From the IMG/VR virus record IMGVR_UViG_3300045988_123588: DNA of 64,000 nucleotides; one strand, written 5' to 3'. Position 1 is the stretch's first letter; every line of letters begins with the position of its first letter. The notes under the pieces are model-generated. The model had not been told where the DNA came from and made no database searches. It was given only the letters and a program-made list of their open reading frames with translations. Both the position numbers and the translations under genes were made by a program. Origin of the DNA: a virus. This document shows positions 63,440 through 64,000 of the stretch, piece by piece.

Positions 63440-63687
63440 AGATGTTTGAATTAATTCCGTACATACTGGAGTTAGACCCAGAAGCGGAAGTAATGTTAAT
63501 AGAAGACTTAGAACCCGGTAGTAATGGATTACCCAAGATGTCTAAGGTACTCCCAACCATGATGGTAAATATCAATACTGGGGAGAAGGTACTCACTCTC
63601 ATTAGAGAGAATCACATGAAGGAGTTTGAGTTAAAAGCTAAACTCATGTCAGCTCACAATATTCAACTAAAAGATAAAATCTCATGA
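63436..63687 (+). CDS. Small protein of the L..L..(L/M)DP.A.V family
   Basis: The segment is MFELIPYILELDPEAEVMLIED. Confidence 0.5.
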   Translation: MKMFELIPYILELDPEAEVMLIEDLEPGSNGLPKMSKVLPTMMVNINTGEKVLTLIRENHMKEFELKAKLMSAHNIQLKDKIS

Positions 63688-63971
63688 AAAACCAAGAAGA
63701 AAGTGCTCTGACAAAATTCATACTGGTAGTTATTGCCATTACACTGATTATAGTCATGGTAGCAGTGATCAAAGATAAAAATCAGGTAAAGGAGCCACCT
63801 GCTAAACCCTGGATAAATCCCGATGGAAGCTTACCTTATGAAACAGTTAAGGCTTTAGCTCCAGACTATATCGACAGTCTCAAAAGGGCTGGAGAGATTG
63901 AAAGGTGGTTAAAAGAGCACCCTCAACAAAATCTCAACATTCGCATCACTATCGAAGATGAACACTGGTAA
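63684..63971 (+). CDS. Single-TM small protein
   Basis: The TM segment is LTKFILVVIAITLIIVMVAVI. Confidence 0.5.
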   Translation: MKNQEESALTKFILVVIAITLIIVMVAVIKDKNQVKEPPAKPWINPDGSLPYETVKALAPDYIDSLKRAGEIERWLKEHPQQNLNIRITIEDEHW

Positions 63972-63987
63972 AGGCCTTCAATATTTA

Positions 63988-64000
63988 TTTGCATAATTGC
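63988..64000 (+). promoter_or_regulatory. Probable -33 half (tTTTGcataatt) of a further promoter truncated by the window edge
   Basis: atttgcata has the same context as the -33 boxes at 54343, 57362 and 61760. Confidence 0.4.

Overview
This window is a contiguous piece of a tailed dsDNA phage genome. It is tightly packed and almost entirely on the + strand, with no integrase, rRNA or CRISPR. The promoter consensus TTTG-N20-TAnnTTTG, the absence of Shine-Dalgarno sequences and BACON/PKD-like Ig domains all point to a Bacteroidota host. The tail is contractile (sheath, tube, P2/Mu-type baseplate), so this is not a crAss-like podovirus. Layout: 1-8.2 kb head and neck genes; 8.4-24.3 kb tail genes (sheath, tube, frameshifting chaperone, tape measure, LysM, hub, spike, gp25-like, J-like), an amidase endolysin and a large distal protein; 24.4-25.0 kb the only minus-strand gene, which is sigma-like; 25.2-48 kb replication, recombination and nucleotide metabolism (DnaB-like helicase, primase, SF2 helicase, Pol A, GroES-like, SSB-like, RecA-like, FEN, kinase, Mre11/Rad50-like, resolvase) with three tRNAs; 48-49.7 kb a NusG/UpxY-like protein and an HTH regulator; 49.7-64 kb small early genes arranged as promoter-gene-terminator units. 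The most interesting calls follow. (1) A pyrimidine-remodelling island at 31.8-38 kb holds two dUTPase-type pyrophosphatases, three consecutive thymidylate-synthase-fold proteins that all carry Asp at the position aligning with TS Asn177, and a degenerate ThyX; this predicts a modified, probably cytosine-derived, DNA base. (2) A promoter, tandem 26-bp repeats and a terminator sit directly upstream of the sheath gene. (3) A cluster of codon-optimised poly-acidic and lysine-rich proteins lies at 51.9-54.2 kb, with a related gene at 57.5 kb. (4) A phage NusG/UpxY-like factor coexists with many intrinsic terminators inside the late operon. (5) The ORF track misses a -1 frameshift site in the tail chaperone. 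All functional calls come from motif reading by eye; no database search was possible.
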